A stretch of 64,000 bases of DNA from an uncultured delta proteobacterium (lineage in GTDB: Bacteria > Desulfobacterota > Binatia > UBA9968). Shown here in pieces: positions 1 to 10,344 of the stretch. The stretch lies in assembly GCA_963745035.1 (NCBI GenBank), contig CAVUVW010000016.1, positions 128,001-192,000 of the forward strand, read 5' to 3'. A program made the position numbers and the translations under genes. The notes beneath the pieces were generated by a model, which had not been told where the DNA came from, did not search any database, and saw nothing but the letters and a program-made list of their open reading frames with translations. How positions within the stretch are numbered: position 1 is the first letter of the stretch; every line of letters begins with the position of its first letter.

Positions 1-281
1 CGAGCGAGGGAGAGCGCAGGGTTGCGCTGATCGCGTCGTGCCGCCACGGCCGGCACCAGATTTCCAGCCCTGACGGCATCTTCGTCGATCTCACCGAAGA
101 ATAGCAATCCGCTCGGCTTGGCGCCGAGCGTCGTTCCGAGCCCGCTCGCTGCCCATCCAGGCGCATAGTTTGAGGCCCGCGATGCGCCGGTATTCATTGC
201 CTTCGATCGCCACACTTTTTCATTGCGCCGATCTCAGCCGGGCGCATATACTTATGCGAATTTTCGCGGCGGAGGGAGATC

Positions 282-1110
282 GTGGGATTTTCACTCTTGT
301 GCTGGAACATCGAAAAATTCAATGACAGCAAGCCGGAACGAATTCAGGCCGTCGCCGACGCCATCCGCGCCCACGATCCCGACGTCATAGGCATTCTCGA
401 GTTTCTTGCCAAGGACGCTGCGCGCCGCCTGGTGCGGGATTTTTTCCCCGACTACGACTTCGCGTTTACCGATTCGAAGATGGCGATCGAAATCCTGGTC
501 GGCTGGCGCCGCGGCAGGTTCGCACAGGTGCTTTATACGCAACGGCGCGAGCTCCAGGCAGGAAGCGAGAATCTTCGGCCCGGCGGACTTTTGTGCGTCA
601 GGCAGAAAAACTCCCAGCAGTTTAACAACATGCTTTTTCTGCACACCGACAGCGGCGTCACGGCGAAGGAATACAAAACCCGGCGCACGATGTTCGGGAA
701 AATCTTCAGTCTCAACAAGGTGCTCCAAACGCTGCACGAGCAGGAAGGCAAATCGCGCTTCATCGCGCTCGGCGATCTCAACACCATGGGCCGTGTGAAA
801 GCTCCCCGAGTGACGCCGGTCACCGAGACCGAGGAAATCGCGCAGCTTGTGATTGCCGCCGGCGAAGCCAATATGCAACTACTCGAGAAGTCCGCGCCCA
901 AGACCTGGAGCAGCCCGACCGGATCGAAAAAAGGCAATCTCGATCATGTCGCTCGCGAGCAAGGATCTGGCATTCAAAACTCAAGAAACCGTCGACGGAC
1001 AGCCGGTCAAAGTCCTGGTCGACGGCTGGGTCAACAAGACGGGCAACGCTCGGCGTTCGTTCATCGAGAATATTTCGGACCACTCGATGCTGTTTGTAGA
1101 AATCGTATAA
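282..1110 (+). CDS. Endonuclease/exonuclease/phosphatase (EEP) family protein, frameshifted near 950
   Basis: N-terminal WNIE, ILE, ALGDLN and NLDHV in ORF 282..1163. The C-terminal ISDH motif is in the overlapping frame (853..1110), so one indel joins them. Confidence 0.8.
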
Positions 1111-1284
1111 GCGAGCGTGAAATGGAGTGCGGAGCGGCGAAGAGACGCGCGCTATTTTCTTGAAGTATTCAGAAAGTCGCCGATCGATCGACTGCCCGGC
1201 GAGCGGCGTTGCGATGCTCGAGGTTTCTCTGAGTTGACCGACCGGGCCGCGCTTCAGAGAGCGTTGCAGCCAGGCGCGCAGGTT

Positions 1285-2115
1285 TTACGCCTGCATCCAC
1301 GTGACTTCGTAAACCCTGATGGCCTGATCGAAGCCTTTCAATGTCACTTCTCCTAAGTCCGCTAACGGCGACTGTGTATCCGACCATTGGTTTTGCACTA
1401 CCTGATCAACCAGTATCCGGGTGGGTTCCGCGTGCGCGCAAAGCCGGGCCGCCAATTGGACTGTCTGGCCAAAAAGGTCGCCATGTTCCTCAATAGGCTC
1501 ACCGGCGCTCAGACCAATGCGCAAAAACAGCGGCGTTTCCGAGTGTTCCTGATTATATGCGGCAAACGCCTTCTGGATCGTGATCGCACACTCCACCGCG
1601 TCCGGGACCGAGGCAAAGGAAGCCATGATTCCATCGCCCGTGTGCTTGATCTCACGCCCGCGATGCGCGTTCAGAGAATTCCGCGTCAGAGCATTGTGCA
1701 CATGAAGCAAATGTAGAGCCTTGGCGTCGCCATACAGCGTGGTCATCAAGGTCGAATCTTTCAGATCTGTGAACATGATGGCGCGGAACCCCGAATCGAT
1801 AGGAATCTCTTCTGATTTTGCTGGAGACGCTGGCGGCGGATCCTTGATCCTGCCCAAAAACGCATCCACCACGGCGGGATCGACCTCAAGAACTTCGTTG
1901 GGAATTGAGCCGTGAGCTTCGTCGTGAGCGTGCTCAATAGCTTGTCGGTTCGGTGCCTCGACGAGGCAAAACGCGGTAGAGCGCATCTCATCGAACCAAT
2001 AGGTCAGAAACTTGACCTGATATCTATCCTGCAGCGCCAGATCCTTCTGGTGCGCATCTGCGATGGCGTGTCGAGTGGCGCCTTCAATGTAATGGCGATC
2101 CATGTAGACGGGCAT
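1285..2115 (-). CDS. DUF4242/SCO4226-like (nickel-binding) domain fused to a class III adenylate/guanylate cyclase
   Basis: N-term MPVYMDRH...AHQKDL...YWFDE...AFCL...AHDEAHG; C-term FTDLKDST, KHTGDG, LRIGLSAGEP, DLFGQTVQLAAR. Confidence 0.85.
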   Translation of the reverse strand: MPVYMDRHYIEGATRHAIADAHQKDLALQDRYQVKFLTYWFDEMRSTAFCLVEAPNRQAIEHAHDEAHGSIPNEVLEVDPAVVDAFLGRIKDPPPASPAKSEEIPIDSGFRAIMFTDLKDSTLMTTLYGDAKALHLLHVHNALTRNSLNAHRGREIKHTGDGIMASFASVPDAVECAITIQKAFAAYNQEHSETPLFLRIGLSAGEPIEEHGDLFGQTVQLAARLCAHAEPTRILVDQVVQNQWSDTQSPLADLGEVTLKGFDQAIRVYEVTWMQA

Positions 2116-2164
2116 TTTTTATTCTCTTTCGTTAAAGAGCGCGACACGAAGTCACAAACATGTT

Positions 2165-3274
2165 TCACTTAGTTTCAAATGGTATCCCTGTCGTTCGCGA
2201 TATATCCAGTAAATCATCGACTACGGGCTGCAACAACGGAATGCCTTCTTTGCTGCGGATGGCTTCCGCTGCGCGCTCCGGGTCGCCGGGGATGAGGGGG
2301 CCGTTGGTTCCGGGCGCGGGTTTGGTGTTGCGAAAAACGTGAATCCATTCGTCAATTTGTTTCTTGAATTCGTCTTTGTCGATGAACCCGTCGATTTGCA
2401 GGGCGCCGAAGAAGTGGCCGATGCCTTTGCCGACGCTGCGCTCGGGGATTTCCTGTCTGAGCGCGAAGGGCGGCGCAAAGGGTCCCCAGTTGGCGCCGCT
2501 TAGCACGCAGCAGAGAATGTCCACCATCGATGCCAAACCGTAACCCTTGTGGCCGCCCATCTCGTACTCTGAGCCGAGCGGCAATTGCGCGCCGCCGTCG
2601 ATCATATCTTGCGGATTGGTGGTGTCACGGCCTTCTTTGTCGACGATCCAGCCTTTGGGAACCGGTGCTTTTTTGCGCAGCGCGATTTCGATTTTGCCGT
2701 AGGCGACGGCGCTGGTCGCCATGTCGATCACGATCGGCGGCTCCTTGTAACCGGGAAACGCGATGGCGATAGGATTGGTTCCGAGCATTCGCTCGGCGCC
2801 CCAGAGCGGTACCACGAGTTTGGTTGTATTCGTCATCGCCCAGCCGATGAGATCTCTTTCGAGCGCTTGCAAGGGATAATAGCCGGCGATGCCGAAATGG
2901 TTGGTATTGCACACGCTCACCCAGCCCGAGCCATGCTGCTCGGCCTTGTCCATAGCGATTTCGTTGGCTTTGGGCCCGACGACTAGACCCAGACCGTTGT
3001 CGCCGTCGACAGTAGCGACGCTCGACTTTTCGCGGATAGTTTTGACTTTCGGCTTCGGATTGATGCGTCCCAGTTCCAACATCTCGAAATAAGTGTGGAG
3101 CCGCGCGACGCCGTGGGAGTCTATGCCGCGCAGATCGCTTTTCAGTAAAACATCGGCCGCGAGCTTGGCGTCACCGTCCGGAACGTCAAAGTGCCGGAAT
3201 ACCGCGGTCGTGAACTGACGCAGATGTTCAACGGGAAAAATAGCGGACGATGCTTCGCCGACGGCTTCGCTCAT
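2165..3274 (-). CDS. Ldh_2 family (malate/L-lactate/sulfolactate, ComC/AllD-like) dehydrogenase
   Basis: DLRGIDSHG, NHFGIAGYY, GTNPIAIA, DMATS and GHKGYGL motifs. Confidence 0.9.
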   Translation of the reverse strand: MSEAVGEASSAIFPVEHLRQFTTAVFRHFDVPDGDAKLAADVLLKSDLRGIDSHGVARLHTYFEMLELGRINPKPKVKTIREKSSVATVDGDNGLGLVVGPKANEIAMDKAEQHGSGWVSVCNTNHFGIAGYYPLQALERDLIGWAMTNTTKLVVPLWGAERMLGTNPIAIAFPGYKEPPIVIDMATSAVAYGKIEIALRKKAPVPKGWIVDKEGRDTTNPQDMIDGGAQLPLGSEYEMGGHKGYGLASMVDILCCVLSGANWGPFAPPFALRQEIPERSVGKGIGHFFGALQIDGFIDKDEFKKQIDEWIHVFRNTKPAPGTNGPLIPGDPERAAEAIRSKEGIPLLQPVVDDLLDISRTTGIPFETK

Positions 3275-3289
3275 TTCGAAGTCACCTAA

Positions 3290-4345
3290 CTACGGGGCGG
3301 GAGGGGTTGTCAACGCGTCCGCGGCTGTATTCGGCAGCAGAAACTGCAACAGCAAGGTTTGCTGAAAAGCATTGTAATTGTCGTCGGAAACCATGAAGAT
3401 CGTCGTTCCCTTGGGCGACTGCTGAACGGCGATCCCTTCGAAATTTTCCACCGCAAGGGGCTGCTGCAATCGCAGTAATTCCTTGCCGACGATTTTGACC
3501 CCCGGCTTAAGGCTGCTCGCCGGGACCAGAGTCACTCGCGTGGAGAGGATACCAAACAGCACATAGCGGCGCTCCAGAACCAGGAGATCGCCGTCGTCGA
3601 GCACGGCACAATCGGTGACGCGAAAACCGTCGGCGGGAAGATAAGACAGCTCGGCCCACTGGCCGTTGTCCATGAGCCAGCCTCTGGCGCTTCCATCGGA
3701 ATTTTTGAAGTTTTCGGTCAAGGCGAGCAGCCGGCCGTCGGGAAGCTCCGCGAGCGCTTCGATGCCGCCGTTGCGCGGCGCGCGCGCGGCGGTCGGCGGG
3801 ATCGGCTCGGCTCTGGGAATGGATTGAAAGGTCGCCGGCGGCGGGGAATAACGCCAGATCCGGTGCGCGCCTTCGAAGCCGACCAGGAAGGAGCCATCTT
3901 TTGCGCGCGCCAGAGCCTCGGCGTCCCGCAAACTTCCGCTCACCGGCCTTTTCGTCGGCGCCAGCATCGGCGCAATCCGCCAGTCGGTAAGACTCGACAG
4001 GGCGCCGTCTGAATCCATCGACATAGTCGCCGACAGCCAGTAGCCGCGATCGGAAATCGCGTAAAGTTTGCCGTCGGCTCCGACCGATAGACCCGAAAGA
4101 CCGCCGAAGCGATGATCCTTGGAGCGCAAATGAAAAGCGCTCAGGAGGCGAAGCGCGCCGAAGCTTTTGCGCTCAGGACGTTGGGAATCAACTTCGATGG
4201 GCTCCAATATTACCGATAGATCATCCGCACTCCTTGGCTGAGCTGCCGCGGAATAAGACAAAAAAATTGACGACACCGTCGCGGCGGTGAGCAGGCACAC
4301 AAAGCCGTGTACGGGGTTTTTCGGCATGATTGGGAAGAATCGCAT
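3290..4345 (-). CDS. Exported esterase-like activity of phytase family protein
   Basis: Signal peptide; FGGLSGL, ISDRG, DAEAL, NGGIEAL, ENFEGI, SDDNY. Confidence 0.85.
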   Translation of the reverse strand: MRFFPIMPKNPVHGFVCLLTAATVSSIFLSYSAAAQPRSADDLSVILEPIEVDSQRPERKSFGALRLLSAFHLRSKDHRFGGLSGLSVGADGKLYAISDRGYWLSATMSMDSDGALSSLTDWRIAPMLAPTKRPVSGSLRDAEALARAKDGSFLVGFEGAHRIWRYSPPPATFQSIPRAEPIPPTAARAPRNGGIEALAELPDGRLLALTENFKNSDGSARGWLMDNGQWAELSYLPADGFRVTDCAVLDDGDLLVLERRYVLFGILSTRVTLVPASSLKPGVKIVGKELLRLQQPLAVENFEGIAVQQSPKGTTIFMVSDDNYNAFQQTLLLQFLLPNTAADALTTPPAP

Positions 4346-4607
4346 CGAACGTGTTGATGCTCAAGCGCGCGAGATCCGGCGCTGGTTCAAGTTTTCTCGG
4401 GCGCAGAAACATTCCCGATTTGTGAGGCTGTTTCAGAATGTCATTCCGGGCCTCATACGCTCAGCGCAACTCTGCTAGAAATCTTTCGTTCGCGGTATCA
4501 GGACCCGATGCGGTCTAACTTGACAGGCAGGTGAGCGCGTTATACGGGAGGGATGTCTTTGACGGCAACTTTCTATTCGAAGGGCATACACCTGAAATCA
4601 CCGCCCA

Positions 4608-6872
4608 TTGAAACGAGGTGCTGAGTTGAGCTCAAGCGCACGCGATTTCTCCGTGGTTGGAACCTCCGTTCGGCGCGTCGACGGCGGTGACAAAGTCACT
4701 GGCCGGGCGAAGTATGCCGGCGATTTGCTCATACCCGGGATGATCGAAGGAAAGTTTCTGCGCAGTCCCTACGCCCACGCGCGCATCCACGCGATCGACA
4801 CCCGCGAGGCCGAGTCTCTGCCCGGCGTTGTGGCCGTTCTCACCAGAGAAGATTTCACCGAGATCAGTCCCTATATCGGCCGAGGTAAAAACAAGGATCA
4901 GCCGATCATTGCGCTCGAGCGCGCCATCTACGCCGGCCAGCCCGTGGCGGCGGTTGCGGCCCTCGACCGAGCCACGGCCGAAGAAGCGCTGAATAAGATT
5001 CACGTCGACTACGAGGAACTGCCGGCGGTTATCCATGTTGACGAGGCCATCGCGGACGGCGCGCCGCGGCTGCACGATTTCGCCGAGCGAAACATCTGCG
5101 CTACGGCCGAGTTGGTCAAGGGCGATGTCGAGAAAGGATTCGCGCAAGCCGACGAGATCTTCGAAGACAGCTTCGAATTTCCCATGATCTATCACTACTC
5201 GATGGAGCCGCACACGGCGATCGCACAGGTCGATAGCGACGGCATCCAAATCTGGACCTCGACGGGGCATCCCTTCGGCGTGCGCCAGGAGGTCGCCGAA
5301 ATCTTTCATGTGCCGCTCTCCAAGGTGCGCGTGCAAGTGAACTTTGTCGGCGGCGCTTACGGCAGCAAGTCCGGGGGAAAGATCGAACCGCTGGTGGCCG
5401 CGCTGGCGCGCAAAGCACAAGAGCGGCCCGTGCGCGTCGTGCAGACTTTCTCCGAGGCGATGGCGACCTGCCGGCGCCACGCGATCCAATGCAAGCTCAA
5501 GACGGGCGTCAAGAAGGACGGTACGTTGGTGGCCAAGCAGGCCGAAATCTATCTCAACACCGGCGCCTACGCCGAGACCGGTCCAATCGTCACCGGCCGA
5601 ACGTTGACGCGCATCCTCGGCCCGTATCGTTACCCCAACCTCAAAATCAATTCCTACTGCGTTTACACCAACACGGTTTCCGCCGCCTCGTTTCGGTCGA
5701 TCGGCGGGCCGCAGACCGCCTGGGCGACGGAATCGCAGATGGACATCATCGCGCAGAAGCTCGGCATGGACCCGGTCGAGCTGCGTCGAAAAAATTTGGT
5801 CAACAAAGGCGAAGAGATCCGGCCGAAGTACAAACCGCTCGATGCCGATCTCGCCAAGGGATTCAAGCTCGTGGTCGACAAACTCGGTTGGGACGGACCG
5901 ACTTCGCGCCAGGGGCATGGGCGCGGCGTCGGCTTCGGCACCACCGATCCCGGCGCGCCGCTCGCCTCGACTTCGACGGTTCACGTTCTCTCGGACGGGA
6001 GCGTGGTTTTCTTGTGCGGCACCGTGGAGCTCGGCCAGGGCGCGAAAACGATCATGAGCCAGATCGTCGCCGAGGAATTGCGCGTGCCGCTCGAGCGGGT
6101 GACGATCCGGCCCATCGACACGGCGTTCACGCCGTTCGATCGCTCGACGGGATCGAGCCGCTCGACGACGGTAATGGGAAAGGCCGTCGAGCTGGCGGGA
6201 AGCGACGCGCGCCGGCAGATCGTCGAGCTGGCCGCCGAGCATTTCGAATGTCCCGAAGAGGCAATCACTTTGAAGAACGGCGAAGCGATCGCCGGCGGCA
6301 AGCGCATTACTTACGGCGAGCTGATTCACAAGCACTTTGCGATGCAGGGCGGCGAGCTGGTTGGGACCGGCTACGCCCACAGCGGTATGGCGCCAACGCC
6401 TGCGAATCCGCTCTTCTGGGAGATCGGCATCGGTGCGGTGGAAGTCTCGGTGGACCGGGAAACCGGCAAGGTGCGCGTGGAAAAGTATGTGACGGCGGCC
6501 GATGCCGGTAAGGCGCTCCATCCAATCCAGTGCGAAGGACAGGACGAAGGCTCGGCGATGATGGGGTTCGGCCATACGTTCTATGAGACCTACCATTTTG
6601 ACGGCGGGCAAATCATCAATTCAACTTTGATCGATTACAAAGTGCCGACATTCGACGACGTGCCGGAAGAATTCGAATCAATTTTGATCGAGGATGGCAA
6701 CGGTCCCGGACCGTATGGATCCAAGGGGTTGGGGGAGGGCGGCATTATTCCGGTCGCGCCCGCGGTGGCCAATGCGGTCGCTTGGAGCACTGGCGCGCGG
6801 GTCAAGTCGCTGCCTTTAACGCCGGAGAAAGTTTGGCGCGCTCTCAAGGAGGTTTCCGATGAAACCAAATAG
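4608..6872 (+). CDS. Xanthine dehydrogenase/aldehyde oxidoreductase family molybdopterin-binding large subunit
   Basis: KVTGRAKYAGD, LRSPYAHA, VGGAYGSK, ELGQG, GSSRST, GSKGLGEGG. Lacks the CODH AYxCSFR motif. Confidence 0.93.
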   Translation: MKRGAELSSSARDFSVVGTSVRRVDGGDKVTGRAKYAGDLLIPGMIEGKFLRSPYAHARIHAIDTREAESLPGVVAVLTREDFTEISPYIGRGKNKDQPIIALERAIYAGQPVAAVAALDRATAEEALNKIHVDYEELPAVIHVDEAIADGAPRLHDFAERNICATAELVKGDVEKGFAQADEIFEDSFEFPMIYHYSMEPHTAIAQVDSDGIQIWTSTGHPFGVRQEVAEIFHVPLSKVRVQVNFVGGAYGSKSGGKIEPLVAALARKAQERPVRVVQTFSEAMATCRRHAIQCKLKTGVKKDGTLVAKQAEIYLNTGAYAETGPIVTGRTLTRILGPYRYPNLKINSYCVYTNTVSAASFRSIGGPQTAWATESQMDIIAQKLGMDPVELRRKNLVNKGEEIRPKYKPLDADLAKGFKLVVDKLGWDGPTSRQGHGRGVGFGTTDPGAPLASTSTVHVLSDGSVVFLCGTVELGQGAKTIMSQIVAEELRVPLERVTIRPIDTAFTPFDRSTGSSRSTTVMGKAVELAGSDARRQIVELAAEHFECPEEAITLKNGEAIAGGKRITYGELIHKHFAMQGGELVGTGYAHSGMAPTPANPLFWEIGIGAVEVSVDRETGKVRVEKYVTAADAGKALHPIQCEGQDEGSAMMGFGHTFYETYHFDGGQIINSTLIDYKVPTFDDVPEEFESILIEDGNGPGPYGSKGLGEGGIIPVAPAVANAVAWSTGARVKSLPLTPEKVWRALKEVSDETK

Positions 6873-7917
6873 AATGCTACCAGTTGCTGTCCTTACCGGC
6901 TTGTTGACGGGTCTTTCTTTTTCCTCCGGGTTTGCGCAGGCGCCTTTCTACGCAGGGAAGACTATCACGATCATTCGCGGCAGCGCTCCCGGCGGCGTCG
7001 GCGAGATGCGCACCAGGGCGGTGGCGAACTATCTCAAGAAGCATGTGCCGGGAAATCCCACTGTGGTGATCGAGTTCATGCCGGGAGCTGGCGGCACCAA
7101 GGCCGCTAACCATCTTTATCGCGGCGGCGCGCGCGCCGACGGCCTGGTCATCGGCAGCGCGCCGAGCGGCATGGTGTCGTCGGCGATTTTGGGCGAAGCC
7201 GGAGTGCAATACGATCTCGACAAGTTCATCTATCTGGGATCGCCGAACAGCGAATCGCACTATGTGTTTTTCACCAATCGGAAACTCGGTCTCGGGAGCA
7301 TGGAAAAATTGCGGGCCCATTCGGGATTGCGCATCGGCGCGCAAACGGTTGGTCATCCGATTTACCTTACCGGCCGGCTGTTCGCTCTGATACTCGGCTT
7401 GAAGGAGCCCAAGTTCGTCGTCGGCTACTCTTCTCCGGAGCTCGATGTCGCGATGCTGAGCGGCGAGTTGGATGCCACGCCGGGCGTCGCCAGCAGTGTG
7501 GTAAAGCAGAACCCCGAGTTTCTGGACAAGGGCTTGATGGATTTCCACTCCATCGTCGAGATTCCTCGCGGCGACAAACACCCCCGCTTTGCCCAGCTGC
7601 CGGAACTGGATAGCTTCGTGAAGTCGGACAAGGAACGCAAGCTCCTGGCACTCCATCGTACCTTCAGGCTCGCCGGCTCGCCGTTCATTTTGCCTCCCGG
7701 CACTCCCAAAGACCGCGCCGACATTTTGCGCGAGGCCATGCGGAAAATTTATGCCGATCGGGAATTTCTCGCCGAGTATCTGAAATTGACCGGCGAAGAG
7801 GCATCCCCTCTTACCCCCGACGCCAATGACAAGGCCATCAAAGAACTGCCGCGCGATCCCGAAATCATCGAGTTCTACAAACTGCTCGGCGGTAATCAGC
7901 CGCTGCCAGCGCGCTGA
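6859..7917 (+). CDS. tctC: Tripartite tricarboxylate transporter substrate-binding protein (TctC/Bug-like)
   Basis: Signal peptide; FYAGKTITII, PGG, HVPGNPTVV..MPGAGG, PPGTPKD. Confidence 0.85.
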   Translation: MKPNRMLPVAVLTGLLTGLSFSSGFAQAPFYAGKTITIIRGSAPGGVGEMRTRAVANYLKKHVPGNPTVVIEFMPGAGGTKAANHLYRGGARADGLVIGSAPSGMVSSAILGEAGVQYDLDKFIYLGSPNSESHYVFFTNRKLGLGSMEKLRAHSGLRIGAQTVGHPIYLTGRLFALILGLKEPKFVVGYSSPELDVAMLSGELDATPGVASSVVKQNPEFLDKGLMDFHSIVEIPRGDKHPRFAQLPELDSFVKSDKERKLLALHRTFRLAGSPFILPPGTPKDRADILREAMRKIYADREFLAEYLKLTGEEASPLTPDANDKAIKELPRDPEIIEFYKLLGGNQPLPAR

Positions 7918-7949
7918 GACGCTGTGGCACAGTGAGTCACAAGAAGAAA

Positions 7950-8104
7950 AAATTTGAAGCACGAAATCCGAAATCCGAAACAACGTCGAAATGACCAAAA
8001 CAAGAGAAAACAGGCTTCCCGCAGATTGAATGTTTTGGATTTTCCCATTTTGGGATTACTGTTCTGAGTTTGTTTCGGATTTCGATATTCGGATTTCGAA
8101 ATTT
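7950..8104. repeat. Intergenic inverted-repeat element with 7-bp periodic arms (CGAAATC)n
   Basis: Left arm cgaaatccgaaatccgaaacaa; right arm ttgtttcggatttcgatattcggatttcg. Confidence 0.75.
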
Positions 8105-8135
8105 TTTCGGGATCTTGCTGAGCGAAGGAGGAAAT

Positions 8136-8633
8136 GTGAAGCCGGAAAAGGCGCAATTGGTTATCCAGGGTCTCAAGGAGGCCGGCGTTGATTTCGCCGC
8201 CGGCGTGCCTGATGCGCAGTTCATCGAAGTCTATAAAATGCTCGCGGAAGACCGCGACATCCACTATGTCGGCGCAGCCAATGAAGCCGAGGCGACGGGC
8301 ATCGGGTTCGGCGCCTGGTTCGGCGGCAAAAAACCCGCGCTGATCCTCGCCACATCCGGGTTGCTCGTGGCGACCTATCATCTCGCGCGCATCAACCTGC
8401 TTCACGAGGTGCCGGTTTTGATCGTGATCCCTTACCGTGGCGACATCGGCGATCCGCGCTGGATGGGACTTTACAAGAAAACAACCGAGCCCGGTCTCAA
8501 CGCCATGGATATTCCCTATCGCATCGTCAGCCGCTCGCCGGATATTGTTCGCACCATAAAGGAATGCAACGAGAGCGCGCGCGCCTGGCTCAAGCCGGTC
8601 GCCGTGCTGCTCAACGAGGAGGCTCTATGGTAA
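8136..8633 (+). CDS. TPP-dependent decarboxylase alpha subunit (sulfopyruvate/phosphonopyruvate decarboxylase ComD-like)
   Basis: AAGGAGG RBS then GTG; GVPD, NEAEATGIGFGAWFGGKKP, RGDIGD. Confidence 0.8.
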   Translation: MKPEKAQLVIQGLKEAGVDFAAGVPDAQFIEVYKMLAEDRDIHYVGAANEAEATGIGFGAWFGGKKPALILATSGLLVATYHLARINLLHEVPVLIVIPYRGDIGDPRWMGLYKKTTEPGLNAMDIPYRIVSRSPDIVRTIKECNESARAWLKPVAVLLNEEALW

Positions 8634-9253
8634 GCCGGTTCACCCTGCTCAAAGAACTTTCGGCCATCGTTCCTGATGAGGTGTTGGTGCTGACGAGCAT
8701 CGGCAACAACAGCGGCTTTTGGGGCCAGCTCAAAGAGCGCGAAGCGAACTTGTTTCATCTGACCATGGGCATGTGCTCATCGACGGCGCTCGGGTTGGCG
8801 CTCGCGCTGCCCAATCGAAAAATCGTCGCGGTCGACTCCGACGGCAATCTGCTCTTGAATCTGGGAGTGCTCGGCACCATCGCCAATGAAGCGCCGAAAA
8901 ATTTGACCATCGTCGTCATGGACAACGGCAATTACCTCGGCAGCCACAAACACGCGCCCGGCATGCCCACTGCGACGAGCGGCAAAATGGATCTGGAAGC
9001 CGTCGCCAAAGCGTGCGGGATCAGCGGTGCCAGCACCGTCGAGGATGCGGCAGCGTTTCGGGATAAGATTCAAGTTGCGCTCGGCAGCGCCGGGCCGCAT
9101 TTTATCCGGGCGCGCATCGAAGCGCTCGACCAGGACGCGCCGAAGAAAACCAAGCGCGTCCCGGACCCGCGCGAAAACAAATACCAGTTCGCGAGCTACG
9201 TGCAAAAAACCGAGGGCGTAGAAATTCTGGGAAGCGGACTCGGCGGCGGATGA
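8627..9253 (+). CDS. TPP-binding decarboxylase beta subunit (ComE-like)
   Basis: Overlaps the alpha-subunit stop; MGMCSSTALGLALA and DSDGNLLLN...DNG TPP motif. Confidence 0.8.
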   Translation: MVSRFTLLKELSAIVPDEVLVLTSIGNNSGFWGQLKEREANLFHLTMGMCSSTALGLALALPNRKIVAVDSDGNLLLNLGVLGTIANEAPKNLTIVVMDNGNYLGSHKHAPGMPTATSGKMDLEAVAKACGISGASTVEDAAAFRDKIQVALGSAGPHFIRARIEALDQDAPKKTKRVPDPRENKYQFASYVQKTEGVEILGSGLGGG

Positions 9254-9311
9254 GATGGGTTTTGCCCGGAATTCCACAGCGAGCAGGACAATCATTTTGA
9301 AAGGATAAGCG

Positions 9312-10292
9312 ATGCAAATTCCGTCGACCGCCCGCACATGCGGAGGTTTCGTATTGGCAACTCTTCTCTGCATTCATGCTTATTCAGCAGCTTATGCTCA
9401 GTCGCGTTCCAAGTTTGCGTACTCGTCGGTGGGATCGATGGCGACCGCCGTATGGATGGCCAAAGAGAGCGGCGCGTTTGAAAAGTACGGACTTCAAACC
9501 GATATCATCTTCATCTCCTCGGGCCCTGTCGTCGTGCAGGCATTGATCGGCGGCGATCTGCTCGGTGGAAGCGCAGCCAGCAACGCGGTGATCAATGCGA
9601 TCTTAAATGGCGCGCCAATCATCGCCGTGGGCGGCACGGCTAACCGACCCTATCACCGGCTTTTTGTTCAGCCGGAAATCAACCGCCTCGAAGATCTTAA
9701 GGGGAAAACCCTCGGCGTCACCCGGTTCGGCTCGATCACGGACAATTTGACTCGAATACTCTTGCGCAAGCACGGCCTTGAAAATGCAGTGACTGTGCGC
9801 CAGATGGGGGGAACGCTGGAAGTCGCTGCAGCATTTCAGAATCGGCAGATCGCCGGCGCCGTGACCGGAGAGCTGCGTGGGCCGGCTCTGACAGTGCCGA
9901 AGATCCTAGTTAGGCTTATCGATATGGGGATTCCCTATTCGATGAACATGATCGCCGTATCGCGCGATTTGTTGAAGCGCAATCCGGAAACCGTCGAGGG
10001 AATCGTGCGAGCCTACGCCGAAGGTGTGGCGTTCATGAATCACAATAAAGAACGAGCTTTAAAAATCATCGCCAAATATGCGCACCTCGCAGACGCCAAG
10101 CAGGTCGAAGATCACTATCGCGATTCGGTCACTTATCTCGACCGCATCCCGCGCGCCGAGCCGGAGGCCGTGCAAACGATCTTGGAGTTCATGGGCAAAA
10201 AAGGCGTTCCATCGGAAACTTTCCAGGACAATTCGATTGTCGACAAGCTCAGCCGGGAAGGTTTCTTCGACAGACTCTACAAGAAGTCTTAG
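9312..10292 (+). CDS. ABC substrate-binding protein, SsuA/TauA/NMT1 family
   Basis: Signal peptide; WMAKESGAFEKYGL, DLKGKTLGVTRFGS, C-term DNSIVDKL..EGFFDRLY. Confidence 0.88.
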   Translation: MQIPSTARTCGGFVLATLLCIHAYSAAYAQSRSKFAYSSVGSMATAVWMAKESGAFEKYGLQTDIIFISSGPVVVQALIGGDLLGGSAASNAVINAILNGAPIIAVGGTANRPYHRLFVQPEINRLEDLKGKTLGVTRFGSITDNLTRILLRKHGLENAVTVRQMGGTLEVAAAFQNRQIAGAVTGELRGPALTVPKILVRLIDMGIPYSMNMIAVSRDLLKRNPETVEGIVRAYAEGVAFMNHNKERALKIIAKYAHLADAKQVEDHYRDSVTYLDRIPRAEPEAVQTILEFMGKKGVPSETFQDNSIVDKLSREGFFDRLYKKS

Positions 10293-10344
10293 CTGCAGAC
10301 CTTCGAGCGGCAACGAAATGGATTCCAATTAGAGGAACAAGGTA

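Noticed and set aside
1-280. Possible gene fragment at the window start
   Set aside because: Too short to assign strand or function.
4632-6611. Long antisense ORFs (also 38178..39641, 42244..43248, 47882..49000, 62382..63734)
   Set aside because: Typical stop-poor reverse frames of GC-rich genes, fully overlapping well-supported CDSs.
4608-6872. Aerobic CO dehydrogenase CoxL
   Set aside because: No AYxCSFR motif and no coxM/coxS or accessory genes.
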